Shown here piece after piece: positions 1 to 13,080 of a stretch of 64,000 bases of DNA. The position numbers and the translations under genes are program-made. The DNA is from Yuukianura sp. NJ FZ-2021 (Eukaryota), in the NCBI GenBank assembly GCA_046563655.1, contig CM102285.1, positions 8,618,001-8,682,000 of the forward strand, given 5' to 3'. Numbering within the stretch: position 1 is the stretch's first letter; each line of letters starts with the position of its first letter. Below the pieces are notes generated by a model. It was not told the origin of the DNA. It saw only the letters and a program-made list of their open reading frames with translations, and ran no database searches.

Positions 1-5
1 CTTAC

Positions 6-30
6 GTAGTTTCCATGCTCGCTTCGACAT
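6..30 (-). CDS. KATNB1: Probable first coding exon of katanin p80 WD40 subunit (gene continues left of the window)
   Basis: Minus strand reads ACC ATG TCG AAG CGA GCA TGG AAA CTA C|GTAAG, i.e. MSKRAWKL plus the first base of a codon compatible with Q, then a canonical donor at 1-5. This matches the recalled katanin p80 N-terminus (K[TR][AS]WKLQE). Only 8 codons are visible. Confidence 0.5.
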
Positions 31-1772
31 GGTTTTTCCAAATGGTTCCCTCATCCGGACATAACCCGTAACTTCAAACGAATCGAAAACGATGTTGTTG
101 TAGATCTCCTGGATATTACGGTGAAGTCACTGTGCCCTCAATGTAGAAATCCCGACGAAAACTTTCTCAGCTTAGTCGTCAAATACTATAAGAAGTGACC
201 AAAACAATTTTATCATCCAACTTAACAAAATGCACTGGCTGCTGGGCTGGGAGACTGATTAATTCAAAGACTTAAGATGGAGAAAACTGTATCTACTACT
301 ACAATAATTATCCAGAATCAAACTTATTTTGTGAATAAACTGGTTAATTTGTTGTTTGAATTGAATCGATTGACACAAACTCTCACCTCTATCAGCTTCA
401 GCTGATGAATGAGGACTGAGAAGAGGTTCTTGCAGCAACACGATGATAAGATTATTACATCCTATGCCTATCGTGTGAGGTGCAGGTTGCAGTAGAATTC
501 TTTTTATTTATCTCTTTCACCCAATATCTGTTCATAGCTGGCCATCTTATACCGTAAACTAAAAGTTGCATTAATTTGTTAAAGTTGATTTTATTTATTA
601 TTTTAATTATTGCGTTACTACTTATAAGCGTTTACAAATCAAAACTACAACAGAATTATTCTAATTTCAGCTTTTTTTAAGGAAACCCATAAAGTGGCCA
701 ACGAATCAACAAAATAGTTGAAGATAAAATCGCGCTTTTGCAATACCAAATAAACTTGGCAAAGTAGATGCGCATCTCTGCAAACACTCGTCGCCCTTGT
801 GTCGTTTGTGAAACCCGATCCAGAATTTGAGTTTGTGGAAGGTCGAAGTATAAGAGTTGTAATCACAGGTACACCCAGTAAGCACCCACCGCCTACTGGC
901 ATATAAACTGAATATGACTTAATTATGTGAGTAATTCATTAACATTTGGTGCTTCATTTTTAATTTTACAATTACTCACGTAATTGTTAACAATTAAAAA
1001 ACTTAATATAAATAACATGGTAAGAAAGGGAAAGAAAATTTGTGGGTTACAAACAATGCACTTTCGCCGTACTTATATAGGAATTGAGAACGAGCGGGAA
1101 AACATGAGAATTGAGTCTGACAACAACATGTGGTTGACGTTACCATAAACCAGCTTGTTGTAATTTCAATCCAACTTGAAACGACGTTTCAAATTTTCAA
1201 TTTACTATTTAATTCAATGAATAAAAATATCTGAAATTATGAAATTGTTAAAGTCCTTTTTCACTAAATTATGATCACAGTGAATGGTACTGCATAAGGT
1301 TCTACGTAAAAGTTGTTTGAGTGCTCAATAGTGTATGTGGAAACTGGAACGGCAGATTCGCAACGCCAAAACAATGTGTGGGTACTTGGTGTTCTCTCGT
1401 GTTTACGATAACTAAAATTTTCAATTTGTTAAGTTGTTTTTGTTTACATCTTTTTCAAAATAATTTTTCACAATTTATTGAAGAATTTACGAAAAATATT
1501 AAAAGATCATCGCAATATTTTGTTTGGAGTTTGGTCACGAGAGACGACTGGGGACTGGGGACCGAAACGTCATTAAGTTTGCAATTGCCCGAAGACGACT
1601 TAGACTAACTTACTGCAGTCGGTTCGGTACAGGTACCTTAAAGCCAAATATTCGATTTTCAAATAGTAGGAACAATCATCAATTCCCTGTTGAAGTTGAA
1701 TCCTAATTTTGAAAATAATTTGGTAACTTTATTTATTTTAAATAGTAAGTTGCTGTGCATCGACTTCATCTG

Positions 1773-3546
1773 ATGCGATTTATGATGATTTCTAACAAAA
1801 TGGCGCTGCGATGTTTCTTTCCTCATAGTCGTAGCTGGACTCACAAACTGTACACGAGCACGTGCTGTTGTATGTATTCAACGTCTCCGACTCCGAAACA
1901 AACGCCGAGTACAACTGTCGTAACCGGAAGTTCCAGCGAATTCGGAATCAATGAAAAGGAGGTGGTCATCGCTGGAGTTTCATACAAACGGGACGCTTGG
2001 ACCAATGTAACCAAGAAAATACTGGAACACTGCGTACGAAACCTCCATGTTCAAAAGCATCATCCCCTGTCACATATACGACAAAGAATCGTGGACTATA
2101 TGTACAGTCATTTTCCACGTCACGGCAAAAGTCCACTTTTCTCTGTTTTTGACAATATTTCGCCAGTTGTTACGACACAACAAAATTTTGATTCTCTTTT
2201 GGTTCGAAAAGATCACCCAAGCCGTGCTAAATCAGACTGCTATTACCTGAATAATGAACATCTATTCCGTGCTCATACAAGTGCTCATCAAGCGGAATTA
2301 ATTCGTATGGGCTTAACAAATTTTCTTGTCGTTGGTGATGTTTACCGAAGAGACGAGATAGATCGAACGCACTATCCGGTGTTTCATCAAATCGAAGCCG
2401 TACGACTTTGTGGTCAGCATGAAGTTTTTAAAGATGAAAAAGCATCGAAGTACTACTCACTCTTTGACAGTGCTGGTGCTGAGCACCAGAGAACTCCCGA
2501 AAAACAGGAATTTCATTCTCGTGACGCTGTGTTCATTATGTCTCAAGAACTGAAATCCTGTCTGAAAGGACTGGCTCAACACTTATTTGGGAAAGGTAAG
2601 CTTTTTTTTTTAATTTTATATAGTCTAGTCATGCTATTTGTATTTTTTAAATAATTTTGAATTCGAGTTTTTAACAATTCCTGAATTAGCACCCTTGTTT
2701 AATTTTTAGATGTAGAAATGCGGTGGGTGGACACATACTTTCCTTTCACTCATCCATCTTGGGAGCTTGAAATAAATCACAATGGTACTTGGCTGGAAGT
2801 TTTGGGCTGCGGAATCATGGAGCACCGACTTCTGCAAAATGGTAAGGTGGTACTCCTGGTCCAGCGGTTTCGGATGTTTGTGGGAAGTTTATTAAATACT
2901 AAATATTTTAATTGGTTTCTCAATACCAGTGGGAGCCGGAGATAAAATCGGTTGGGCTTTCGGTTTGGGATTGGAACGATTGGCTATGAAAGTGTATGAA
3001 ATTCCGGATATAAGACTGTTCTGGTCAACAGACTCTGGTGTTTTGCATCAGTTCCAAGTTGACGATCCGTACACCCCAATTCAGTTCAGGGTACGTTTAT
3101 TGAATTGATGAATGTTGAATTAATCAGGAATTCGTGTAATATGTTCACTGTGTGTCTTTTCTGCTCAGGCCGTGAGTCAATTTCCACCTTGTACAAATGA
3201 CATTAGTTTCTGGTTGCCAGCAGACGCCACTGCATTTGATAGCAATGATTTTTACGATCTGGTTCGTTCCATTGGCGGTGACCTCGTGGAACAAGTAAGT
3301 TTTAGTTATTGAGTGAAGGAAGTAAGCATCGAAAACGTTTAATGTTGAAGTTGATTTTATTTTCTATTTTCCGATTAGGTTGTGTTACTGGACAAGTTTC
3401 ATCATCCTAAAAAGAAATTGACTAGTCACTGTTACAAAATAGTTTACCGGGACATGACCAAAACATTGCTCCAGAGTGAAGTAAATCGCGTTCATAGTCT
3501 AATTGAGGAAGCTGCTGTCAAAGAACTTGGCGTTCAAATTCGATGA
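1773..3546 (+). CDS. FARS2: Mitochondrial phenylalanyl-tRNA synthetase; exons 1773-2595, 2710-2841, 2930-3090, 3169-3294, 3379-3546 (start ATG could be 1773, 1782 or 1800)
   Basis: Class II PheRS motifs [48 protein letters not shown] and [14 protein letters not shown]-terminal anticodon-binding domain ([16 protein letters not shown]). All four GT-AG introns are phase-compatible. Stop TGA at 3544-3546. Arg/Ser-rich presequence-like N-terminus. Confidence 0.95.
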
Positions 3547-3803
3547 CGAAATCGTTCGAAAACAAGGTTATTCAACTGTTTTACTTTTCCAAATGATGGT
3601 GACAATTACGAACAACAAGTTTATTTTTTAGTGAATTTTCAATTTGCATTAGTTAGTAAGCTTTAGACGTCGAGTAACTCTTACGTGAAATGTGTAAATG
3701 TAAATGAGCAAACCATCACCACTTTTTTCCTTTTCCCATTTTGCCATCTGGTACTACCCAGACAAAAAAAAATGACCAAAAGATTGTGATCCTAGGGTTG
3801 ACC

Positions 3804-4199
3804 TCTGTCAAGTTATGCGGGGTCAAAGTCGCCATTTTGGAATCTTGCCCCCTACGTATTTCCGACACCGCTCAACCGATTTGGGTCATCTCGGGGTCAA
3901 AGGCTAATTTAGTTGTAAATGTGTTTTTAAGCAAAAGCAGGTAAATTCTCATGGGCCCTTAATAAGGACCATCTTAAAAAACTGAATTTTCGCCCTTGTG
4001 TTTTAGTGCTTTCAAATCCGGTATGCGTTCCTTGCTGTCGCCCTTAAGGGTACCCTACCCTCCAGAGGCGTGAGGGTGCCCATTGTCAGAGCGTTAAGCG
4101 CCACCAGCTATGTACATACATAGTTAAAAATGTGAACATACATACTACCATATTACGTGATTTTGTCGTCGTAAAGTTAAATATCCGGTGTCTCTTAAC
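3804..4199. repeat. Dispersed non-coding repeat (MITE/Helitron-like family), copy 1
   Basis: Aligns by eye to 14010-14308 (same strand) and 33542-33836 (inverted). Shared core ttttcgcccttgtgttttagt...cccttaagggtaccct. Confidence 0.85.
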
Positions 4200-4666
4200 G
4201 TCAGTCAAAACCTGACCTGACAAAATTAGTCGGAACTTATTACAAGCTAAAGTCAAGTAAGCATTGAAAGACGCGGTTACAAGTAATTAATTTTTAGATA
4301 AGGTGGAGAATTTTTATTCACAGAAGCTTTTACAACTTAAAAACGTAAAATGTAATGTAAAATGTAATTAAAAATGTAAAGTAACATTGTTACTGTAAAG
4401 TCAAAATGAATGGAAGGGAAGTTCGCGACGAGTATTAAAAAATACTTGAAAGAGCTTTTCCGAAATTTCCACAACAAAAAGCAAAGAACCAGGAAATGTC
4501 GAAACCGAAGAAATTTACAAGTTCTAAGTTCAATTTAACGACCACCAAACGTTACTACAGTGCAGTACGCAGTACCAACCAATCATATCTTTGCGTCTTA
4601 CACTAAAGGATCAATCAGAGAAATTGTTGGGGTAAAAGTGATGTGGAAAACAATTAGCAAAATATA

Positions 4667-5072
4667 TGTTAGAAAGTCGACTGAAAACTAACCGTTAACA
4701 GCCACCATTTGAAATCCTGCAAACTGACTAGCCGGAGCAAACTGACTAACTGACGAAATGACTGACAGAAGGATTTTCAAACTACCAAACTGTAGTTAAT
4801 TGAAATTGAGTTACTTTAATTAATCCAAAAACCGTTTAATTCCTCACAAATCTTACAGATACTTAACTTCTTACTTGTTACTTCTTAACATGTTTCAACT
4901 TGTTCTCTGACTAAAACTTAGCACCTCGAGGTGGGAAACCTTGAGCGCAGGCGCAGAGCCTATTTTAAATTTAGAAATCGGAAAGAGAAAATCGTGCTGA
5001 AGCTTTCTCACTTCTTAAACTAACATTTCTAATTTTGAAAACACTAAAAGGAAGACGCTCAATTATCCTACA
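4667..5072 (-). repeat. 3' LTR of the BEL/Pao element
   Basis: Direct repeat of 7837-8230 with scattered substitutions and one indel of about 11-12 bp near 4931. Confidence 0.93.
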
Positions 5073-7836
5073 TTTCTTCCCACTTTCTGAGTTAAACAAT
5101 TACTGAAGAAACGCTAAACCATTATTTCGAAACTCTATTTGAAAATGAATTGAGAAAGTTAAATTCCTAAAATATAAACTTAACTTTAAACTCAAAATGA
5201 AAATGAAATTAACCATATCAAACTAAACTAAACTCTAACTTTGAAATGGAAATGAAAACGAAAAACTTAAATCTAATTGAAGGTGAATCGGTTCGGCTTC
5301 CTCACTTGTCTTCCACTTCGGGTTACAACGGGATCCGATTCCACCTCCATGTCCAGTTCTTCAACTGATGACTCCTGTTCCTCGAGTTTTCTTGGCTTTG
5401 TGATGATCTTCTTGACACCACTCTTCGGATCTGTACCAGTGACGATTTCTGTGACGTCATCTCGGATCTCCAGTGGAATCAAACGCTGTATCGGGCGGAG
5501 TTGACTGCCATTCTTAGTCCGAATTCTGGCCACACGAACTTTTCCGTCTTTTCCTGGAAGGAGTTCCACAATTTTCGCCATAGGCCAAAAGATCCGCTTC
5601 TGATTATCGACTTCGACAAGTACCACTTCTCCGACTTTGAATTCCCGGATCTTCTGTTCTTTTCCTCTCTGGATCAATTGTCCCAAATATTCGGAGCTAA
5701 AACGGTCTCTGATTTCCTGGTGGAGCTGTTGTATTGTCTTTTGCTCCTTCAGAGTTGACACGATGACAACGCTCGACTCTGGTACTTCACTGTAGGGAAT
5801 ATTGTGCATGAACATACCTAGCAGGCGTTAATGGCACAAAATCGTCCGGATCTTCCGTCACGTATGTCAATGGGCGATGATTAATGGCAGCTTCAACTTC
5901 ACAAAGTGCTGTCTCCAGTTGCCCCAATGACAATTTGCCAAATCCGAGTGACTTCCTGAGCAGATCCTTGGTACTTCTGACCAAACGTTTTTGGACACAA
6001 TTTCTTTTTGTTGTTTTCACACAAATGAAAATCATCAATTCAATAAATATGAAGTCTCTGATGATTAGGATGGATCATTGTTTGTTGAGAGTGGTTTTAT
6101 CCTTAGGAGAAATGACAAGTTAATTCTATTTTCAGACTTTAACTTCAAAGTACTATAAAGATTAAGTGCATGAACTTCTTAAACCTTTTCGGTTCTTGGA
6201 GTTTGACCAACTGGCACAAAATCGCTTCTTCGGTGTCGAAGTCCTTTTGTTGACCACAGAAGTATGTCTAGAAGTTTGCTTAAGAACTTTAGAAGATTAA
6301 TGGAAGGTTCCTGAAAGAAGAGAACGCGGAAGGAACGTGCTGTCTCCAGGGTCCCCCTCGCTCATAAACATTAACGCGTCGTTAAGATCCGAGTGACTCG
6401 CCTAAACTTTATGTGTGAAAAGGTCAAGTTTTTGGACCTCTACAATTTAACACTTTCTTCTCTTCTAACTTCATCTTCTGGGCTTTGAAACAATTGTTGG
6501 AGTCGTGGGGCTTCTCACACACACTTTTCCTGCCTTCCCACCTCCACTTGTTCCACTGAAAAGTCCAGCTGAAGGAAAATCTTCATCTTTCTGTTCTTGT
6601 CGATTTTGATGTTTTCGTTTCTCCGGAATGAAGCCGAATCCAGACCGGGCTAACTTCCGCTGTTCCTCATTCTCAATTTCAATCTTCAGAAACGACATCA
6701 GAAAATCCAGTTCCGATCTTCTCTTGTTCCGTCCTTCCCAAAATTCGGACTCCGCTGCCAGGCAAGAAGAACGTCTTCCGGCTGACTGGATTCTACCATT
6801 GGAAACAAAAATTCGACCATTTGTTCTATACTGACACCAAGTGATTCCAAGGAACGTAGTGAAGCCTCCAACTTGTCAAAAAGTGTAGCGAGTGGCGTCT
6901 TCTCCTTTGAGCGATTATCCAAAATCAACTTAATCAGCTCACGGACGTACACTTGCTTGAGCAACTTCTCCTTGCCGAATCGTTCCTTCAGTGCAGCAAG
7001 GGCTTTCGGGTAATTTTCAGAAGACTGGGATATCGCTTCACTTCTTCTTCTGCCCGTGAGCCCAACACCATGGACTGCACCAGGTAACTGAATTTGTCTG
7101 AATTGTGGAGCTCCTCATCTTCATCAATCTTCTTAAACTGGGCCCATCAACCCAACCAGTCCGTTAACTCTCCAGAAAATTTCATCAAATCGATTTTCGG
7201 TAGTTTGACACGACGACCGTAGGCATTGGATGACTCGCTTCTCGTTTGCCTGACTGGGCGTTGACTCTTCCACAGATTCTGGAGTTTCGTTTCTGCCTTC
7301 ACTTTGACTAGAGTTGCCTTCTTCCGAAACTCCCGACTTTCCGTCCGTTCTGAGGAAAGGACACCCCCATCGACATCTTCCATATCCAGGATGAACTCTT
7401 TTATCTTGTCATCCAGTTCTGACTATGTTTGCAGAGAAGAATCCAGTAACTGGAGTGACGTCACGATCTCATCTTGGTTCACTGGATCTTTCTGCAATTC
7501 ATCTTTGAGTGACTTGACCAAATCCTGTACGCCACTCCTCTCAGCAGCTCTTTCCCGTTTAGCTCTCTCCATAGCTCAAAAAGGTAAACAAACAGAAACA
7601 AAAGATCAGGATTCTGCTTTACGCAATTGATCTGAAACGATTTTCACCTCAGTAAGTGCCGTTCCGGTAGGCACGGACCACTATGTATTCGATCGTGGCA
7701 GTATCGGCTCCACACCCGGACGATACTCCAACTGACTCCTGTTGTCCAAAAGTATCCAACGAACGACGTCTGGAACTCTCCTTGTCAGGTTACTGCTCCA
7801 CCACTCCAGTAAATTTGAGGCCAAGGGTCACCAAAA

Positions 7837-8230
7837 TGTTAGAAAGTCGACCGAAAACTAACCGTTGACAGCCACCTTCTGAAATCCTGCAAACTGACTG
7901 GCCGGAGCAAACTGGCTAACTGACGAAATGACTGACAGAAGGACTTTGAAACTACCAAACTGTAGTTAATTGAAATTGAGTTACTTTAATTAATCCAAAA
8001 ACCGATTAATTCCTCACAAATCGTACAGATACTTAACTTCTTACTTGTTACTCTTAACATGTTCCAACTTGTTCTCTCACTAGAACTTAACACCTCGAGG
8101 AAGCGCAGGCGCAGAGCCTATTTTAAATTTAGAAATCGGAAAGAGAAAATCGCGCGTAAGCTTTCTCACTTCTTAAACTAACATTTCTAATTTTGAAAAC
8201 ACTAAAAGGAAGACGCCAAATTATCCTACA
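7837..8230 (-). repeat. 5' LTR of the BEL/Pao element
   Basis: Direct repeat of 4667-5072; PBS adjacent. Confidence 0.93.
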
Positions 8231-8389
8231 ATATATATGCAAATCCTACCCAAATTCAGCGTTGAGCAGAATCTGGATCAAACGTGTGGCAAGAAATTTT
8301 CCCCTTCAAATTTAGTTTAAGAAGTAATTGCTTGATGGCATTAATTCAGAAGTTTCGTCTCGTGATATTGGAATATGTAAAGCCGTAAA

Positions 8390-10140
8390 GAGCAGGATGA
8401 AATGTCGTCGTGACCCTTATTTCGAATGTGCCTTTCCGGTATCTCTTAAAAATACTGTTCTGAAAAATGATTGTTACGATTTCTGGGTCATAGAATGACC
8501 TAATGGCATATTTTAGTTCATTCCATTTTGTGTCGGCGTTATCAGGGGTCATCCCCTTAGAATTTTGGTCTGTGACCAACGCCACCATTCCAGTGCTTCG
8601 CCTTCCAACAATTGATGGAAGTGCAGGATCAGCGAATTGCTGTCCACAGCACCTGATGCCAATAATGCATCACACCTCAGGGTCAACAGGTCAACATTCG
8701 TCCTACCGTCAAACGGAGGAATCGAACGGACCACCGCCTTAAGGTCAAAACCCTTGGTCGACGCCGAAGCGGACCCGGTGGGTTTTGTATCGGTAACTGC
8801 ATTCATATTGGAAGCGGAGGTCGATTTTTCTTTCATACTCCCCTGAAAGTTGTTCAATTTTGATGGAAGAAAATTGGGATTTTTTTCAAATTTTTTGGAG
8901 AAGCCTATACCCATCCCCATTGTACTGTTCAGTGAGAAACCCGTGTATATGAAAAGTTTATATGTAAAACGTAATATCTAATTTTCACATGTGATTCTTA
9001 CAATATACAACTGGAGAAAACGGGGTTTACAATACAAAATGAGGGAAATTAATGAGTATCCCATAATCCTGGTATTAAACCACGCATTACTAGAATCTCC
9101 AACTGTTAATTTAACCTACTGTTTTCACAAAATGATTAACAAGTTAACACCAGCAATTGACGGCAATATTTCCACGTAGATCCAGTAAGATTTGAATAGT
9201 ATTGCAATTACAATTTCTTTTTTTTTTTACCATGGTTTCACATAAATTATGGATTGTTGACAATTGTAAAACTCGGGTTGTAAGAAAAATGGTACTATTA
9301 CAATTTTGTTTTACAATCATCACCATTCGAAAAGTATTCCTTCCAAAATAATTGCCAAATTGTCCAGGAAAAGCTTGACCACTTCCGAAAAAGTTGTCAA
9401 AGCAACTCGCAGCACCAAGCGAATGTCGACTATATTAGACGAACAGCTCAAAAATCTGAGAGATGAACATGGAGAGATGAAGGACTTCATCGGAGATGTA
9501 CTTGACACTTTTATTGCTCGTGGTTTCTGAAAGCATCACTGACTGTCGTGGAGAACTCAGTGACCTTGACCTCAACAGGTCAATATCACTTTCACGTTCA
9601 CTTGCACTTTCACTGTTTCACCGACAAACAACTCAAATACTACTAAAAATAAGGATTCTTGTCTTACCTTTTTGACGTTCAGATGTCGAGGTCAAACTTT
9701 CCTGGAATTGAAAGGTTGTGATGTGTAACGCCTCGACGTCAAGGTCAGCAAGTGTGTAACGCCTCGACGTCACGGTCAGCCACTGTGTAGCGTCTCGCAC
9801 CGCTACTCCTCTAGAAATATGGCCGCAGCCACGCCCTCAGACTCTCAATCACTGATCAGCAGATCCCACAACTGCCCAAAGACCAATAACTCACCAAAAC
9901 ACTAACAACAACGATCAGTGAATAAATGTATGAAAATATATTTATTCACTGGAATAAATCAACAACTGAAAAACACTGATGACTACATCATATATACAAC
10001 TGATCTCGTCCTCCTCTAACAACCAAAACCAAACTGCCCTCTCCTATATATAAACTCCTCTCCTCGCTCGCTCCTCGCCTCAACTCAAATCTACCGCGAG
10101 CCACATCATCATCTCAACCTGCCCCTAACCTAACACTACA
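8390..10140 (-). mobile_element. Truncated Ty3/Gypsy element: probable 5' LTR (9786-10140), leader and frameshifted gag (about 8390-8920)
   Basis: Gag segment DLKAVVRSIPPFDGRTNVDL...FHQLLEGEALEWW is clearly homologous to the gag at 26256-26921. LTR-like block bounded by TGTAG...CTACA with TATA and AATAAA; degenerate PBS-like TGGCTGACCGTGAC inside it. Confidence 0.7.
9722..9785. repeat. Two-copy 31-bp tandem repeat abutting the LTR
   Basis: tgtgtaacgcctcgacgtca(a/c)ggtcagc occurs twice. Confidence 0.85.
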
Positions 10141-12369
10141 CTAACGCTATGGACGAGCAGGCGTCTGAGGTGCGAGAGACCGCCAATACTGCCCAGCTAG
10201 AAAACTGGAAAGACAAGAACATTTGATAAGGCAGTCATTGAATCTCAGGAGAAACTGATACGAAATGTCATCAACCAAACCAACATTGCTCATCGCACAG
10301 AAATCCTAGGAGTAATTATAATCTTAACACTAAAGGATGAGTTGAATAATTACCTTCAGTGGCAACTTGATTTTTCCAGTCGAGACTTTCCGCTACATCG
10401 CCAGCAACTCCGACGCCGGAAACTGAAACTGAAAATGTTGTAAAGTGGAATTTTGCTGAAATAATTCCTTTGGATCGCTTGTTGGTCAGAGGTTATTGAG
10501 ATGCTATTTTATTGAAATGCAAAACGGAACTGATTTTACAAAATGTATTTTCTTACAGAGAAAGGCCAAAAATGCTAAGTAAAAATAGTGAAGAAGAGCC
10601 AAAGTTCAGTTTAGTTTTAGAAGTTGGTTTCTGAGTTTTGGGAAAAGAAACAATGGACTTTTTCATAAAAGTCCATGAGCATGTGAGTCATTGTGACTCA
10701 CGCTCAAAGTACAAGCTAAAAGTTGCTCTTCGAAGTGAGGTCAAGATTGACCTTTCAACAGAAAAGTCGGCCATTTGGAGATGGAAATCCTGGGATTCGT
10801 CAAGAATTTTGAAGCGGCAATCGAACGACATCCTGCGATTTATTCCGGACTTAAGGACGGCTCTTGTTAGAAGCAACACGTACGATTAATTAAACAAACT
10901 CTTGGAAATTAGTTTCAATTGATATTAAATTTCTAGCTGGTAAAAGGGTTATATAACGGAATTTTGTCAGCCGTACTAGCCAGACATAAACTCACGTTGT
11001 TGAAAGTTGACCCTTCGACCCCTTAAGGGGTCAAAAGGTCACTATGTAAAAATCAAGTCCACCTAGTGCCCTGAGTACAATTGTGAAGTCAAAATTTCAA
11101 ATTCCCAAAATATACTTAATGGTCCTTACCATTCTCATCGTCATACGGTTCGTAGACATTTCACCCAAGTTTCTTTTCCAGATTATGTAGCGTCACACAT
11201 GCGTAAATCACAATTGCTGCAACTTTTTGTTCCAGCCTAAGCAGGTTCAGGTAAGGGAACTTCATCGTCACTTGTGTCAGAATCACTTATCTTATCAGAC
11301 GATTAACCGCTCTGTAGCAGCTTAAGGCTTCCATTTTTAATATGAATACTAATCGTTTACTCCAAAATGACAAAGTTTTCTTCAAATTGTAAATTACCGA
11401 GGTTGTATAGAACAGGAAAGTAAGTTTCACTTTTACTTTCCCGTTTGCGAATTTGGTCATGACGTCATAGATGACGTCATATACAAAAGGAAACTAAAAG
11501 TTTACTTTCCACTTTCCACTCAAATCACCGATTTAGAGGAAAGTAAAAAGCTTCCTTTTAACTTGCCTTTTCGGTGGTTTCAGCATCATCAGTAGTGATG
11601 CAGTGATGGTTTTGAAGTCATTACACCTAGCCGCGAAGTGTATCGGCCTTCTGCATGTATCGTTCGATATCTGAAGTGCCAATGCGGGTCCTTCCTGCCG
11701 AATTACAAAGAAGCCGTCCCTCTTTATGAGTGCTTCTTGTCGCATTGAAAGACACTCAATCAAAGGAAACAGGGCGGAGACTCGGTAACCAGCGGCCACA
11801 CGGAAGATGAATGGATTTGACATCTTAAACTACATAACGGTAAATAGAAATGTATACAACATACGCAAGAGGTAAAGTTATAACGTTTACGTATAAACTC
11901 AGCTTATGTACCTCAGAGTCGTTAGAATTTGTAGCATTGGAAGCATTGCTGTTGCTTAGGTGTGCATGAGTTGAACCGTGAATTAATTGACGACTCCTGC
12001 ACCTTGTTTCCATGCTTTTTATTGAAGTATACGACTGTTCCTCGTACCAACGAGTCGATCTATAAATATTCAAAGCAAGTACGAAAAATCATATACTGCA
12101 AAAGTGTTGTCTCTCGACAATCAAATCACACCAAACAACATTTTCTTAATGTAGATTATGTCTATTTGTTGGAGTGAAGTTGGACCTCTTGCATGTACAC
12201 ACCCACCAGTTGAAAACTTTCACGCTGCTTCGAAATGGAAAACCGAAATACCAGCCAGATGAATTGCCTGATTTCTTTACTGTCTGATTCGCTAAATTGC
12301 ACTAGACGCGGTGGTGGTGTCCTGTTGAAAATACCAAACAAGATTAGTTTCTTATTATGATTCATGACT

Positions 12370-12776
12370 TGTTCTTAATGACTAATTAAGGTCTAGGACT
12401 TTTTGATAACGTCAGTAAGAATCACGAACAGGAATTGGCCGCCTACAATTAATTAGGCTATTAAGTCGAGGTTATTCATAGTGCAAATGGTTAGAACCAG
12501 GAACTAGGGAAATAGTTATAAGGTCAGTTCTGACGAATACACTAGGAAGAATAACGTTTTAGTTATTGTCACCAGGAAGTAACTAGTGTTGTTTCTAGGT
12601 TACTTGGTTAGTATAAATACTAGTTGCCTAGATTGTTAGAAGAAGTAGTGCCTCGTAGATTGTTGGACTAAACAGTTTATTGTGTAAAATAAAAACTCTC
12701 AGAAAATCCAATTCCAGTTGTTGCAGTTTGTGTGTGTTTATTCAATGATTTCATAATTTCAACAGTAATTTCAACA
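12370..12776 (+). mobile_element. Possible solo LTR
   Basis: TGTT...AACA ends, TATAAATA at about 12612 and AATAAA at about 12688. No partner LTR or TSD found. Confidence 0.4.
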
Positions 12777-12789
12777 TAATTTCAGTCCT

Positions 12790-13080
12790 CTCGCCTACAG
12801 ACGTTCGGGGGGTTCTGATCTTTCCGTAGAGAGTTGACATTTTCGGACTCCAAGTACTTCGTCACACATGTTGCGTTGTGACACGAAGCTAGGTCGGGCC
12901 AAAACAGTACATCTTCTAAATTATTTTGCTTTTTGATGAAACGGATGAGTATTTCCTGTGAAATTTGCACATACACCCTGATTCATCTTGTCTTCGCAAA
13001 GAAACGGTTTCGAAGTATTGCCCTTGGAATTGATTGCTTGCCAAATCATCCCTTCTTTGCAAATTTGGATTTTCCGATGA
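12790..13080 (-). pseudogene. IS630/Tc1/mariner transposase fragment (DD37E-like)
   Basis: MIWQAINSKGNTSKPF...VLFWPDLASCH...NPPNV catalytic-region motifs; frameshifted and truncated. Confidence 0.8.

Larger units (their letters stand above)
4667..8230 (-). mobile_element. BEL/Pao LTR retrotransposon, internally deleted (non-autonomous), 3564 bp
   Basis: LTRs 4667-5072 and 7837-8230 (TGT...ACA); 5-bp TSD ATATA (4662-4666, 8231-8235); PBS TGGTGACCC (tRNA-Trp-like) next to the right LTR; purine tract GTGGGAAGAAA next to the left LTR. Frameshifted gag (VKLPKIDLMKFSGE, about 6500-7572) and integrase C-terminus (EVEAAINHRPLTY; WPMAKIVELLPGKDGKVRVARIRT...RPIQRL, 5273-5985). No PR/RT/RNase H seen. 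Confidence 0.93.

Noticed and set aside
10200..10889. Coding-like plus-strand stretches after the LTR
   Set aside because: No family could be assigned. If TE-derived they would be exceptions to the strand bias and deserve a BLASTX check.
11130..11500. Possible piggyBac-like transposase N-terminus (acidic SDSDTSDDE stretch, minus strand)
   Set aside because: Too decayed; no catalytic motifs or clear TIR.
11533..11823. RRPIHFAARCN resembles an ankyrin repeat
   Set aside because: Single short motif with no consistent exon chain.
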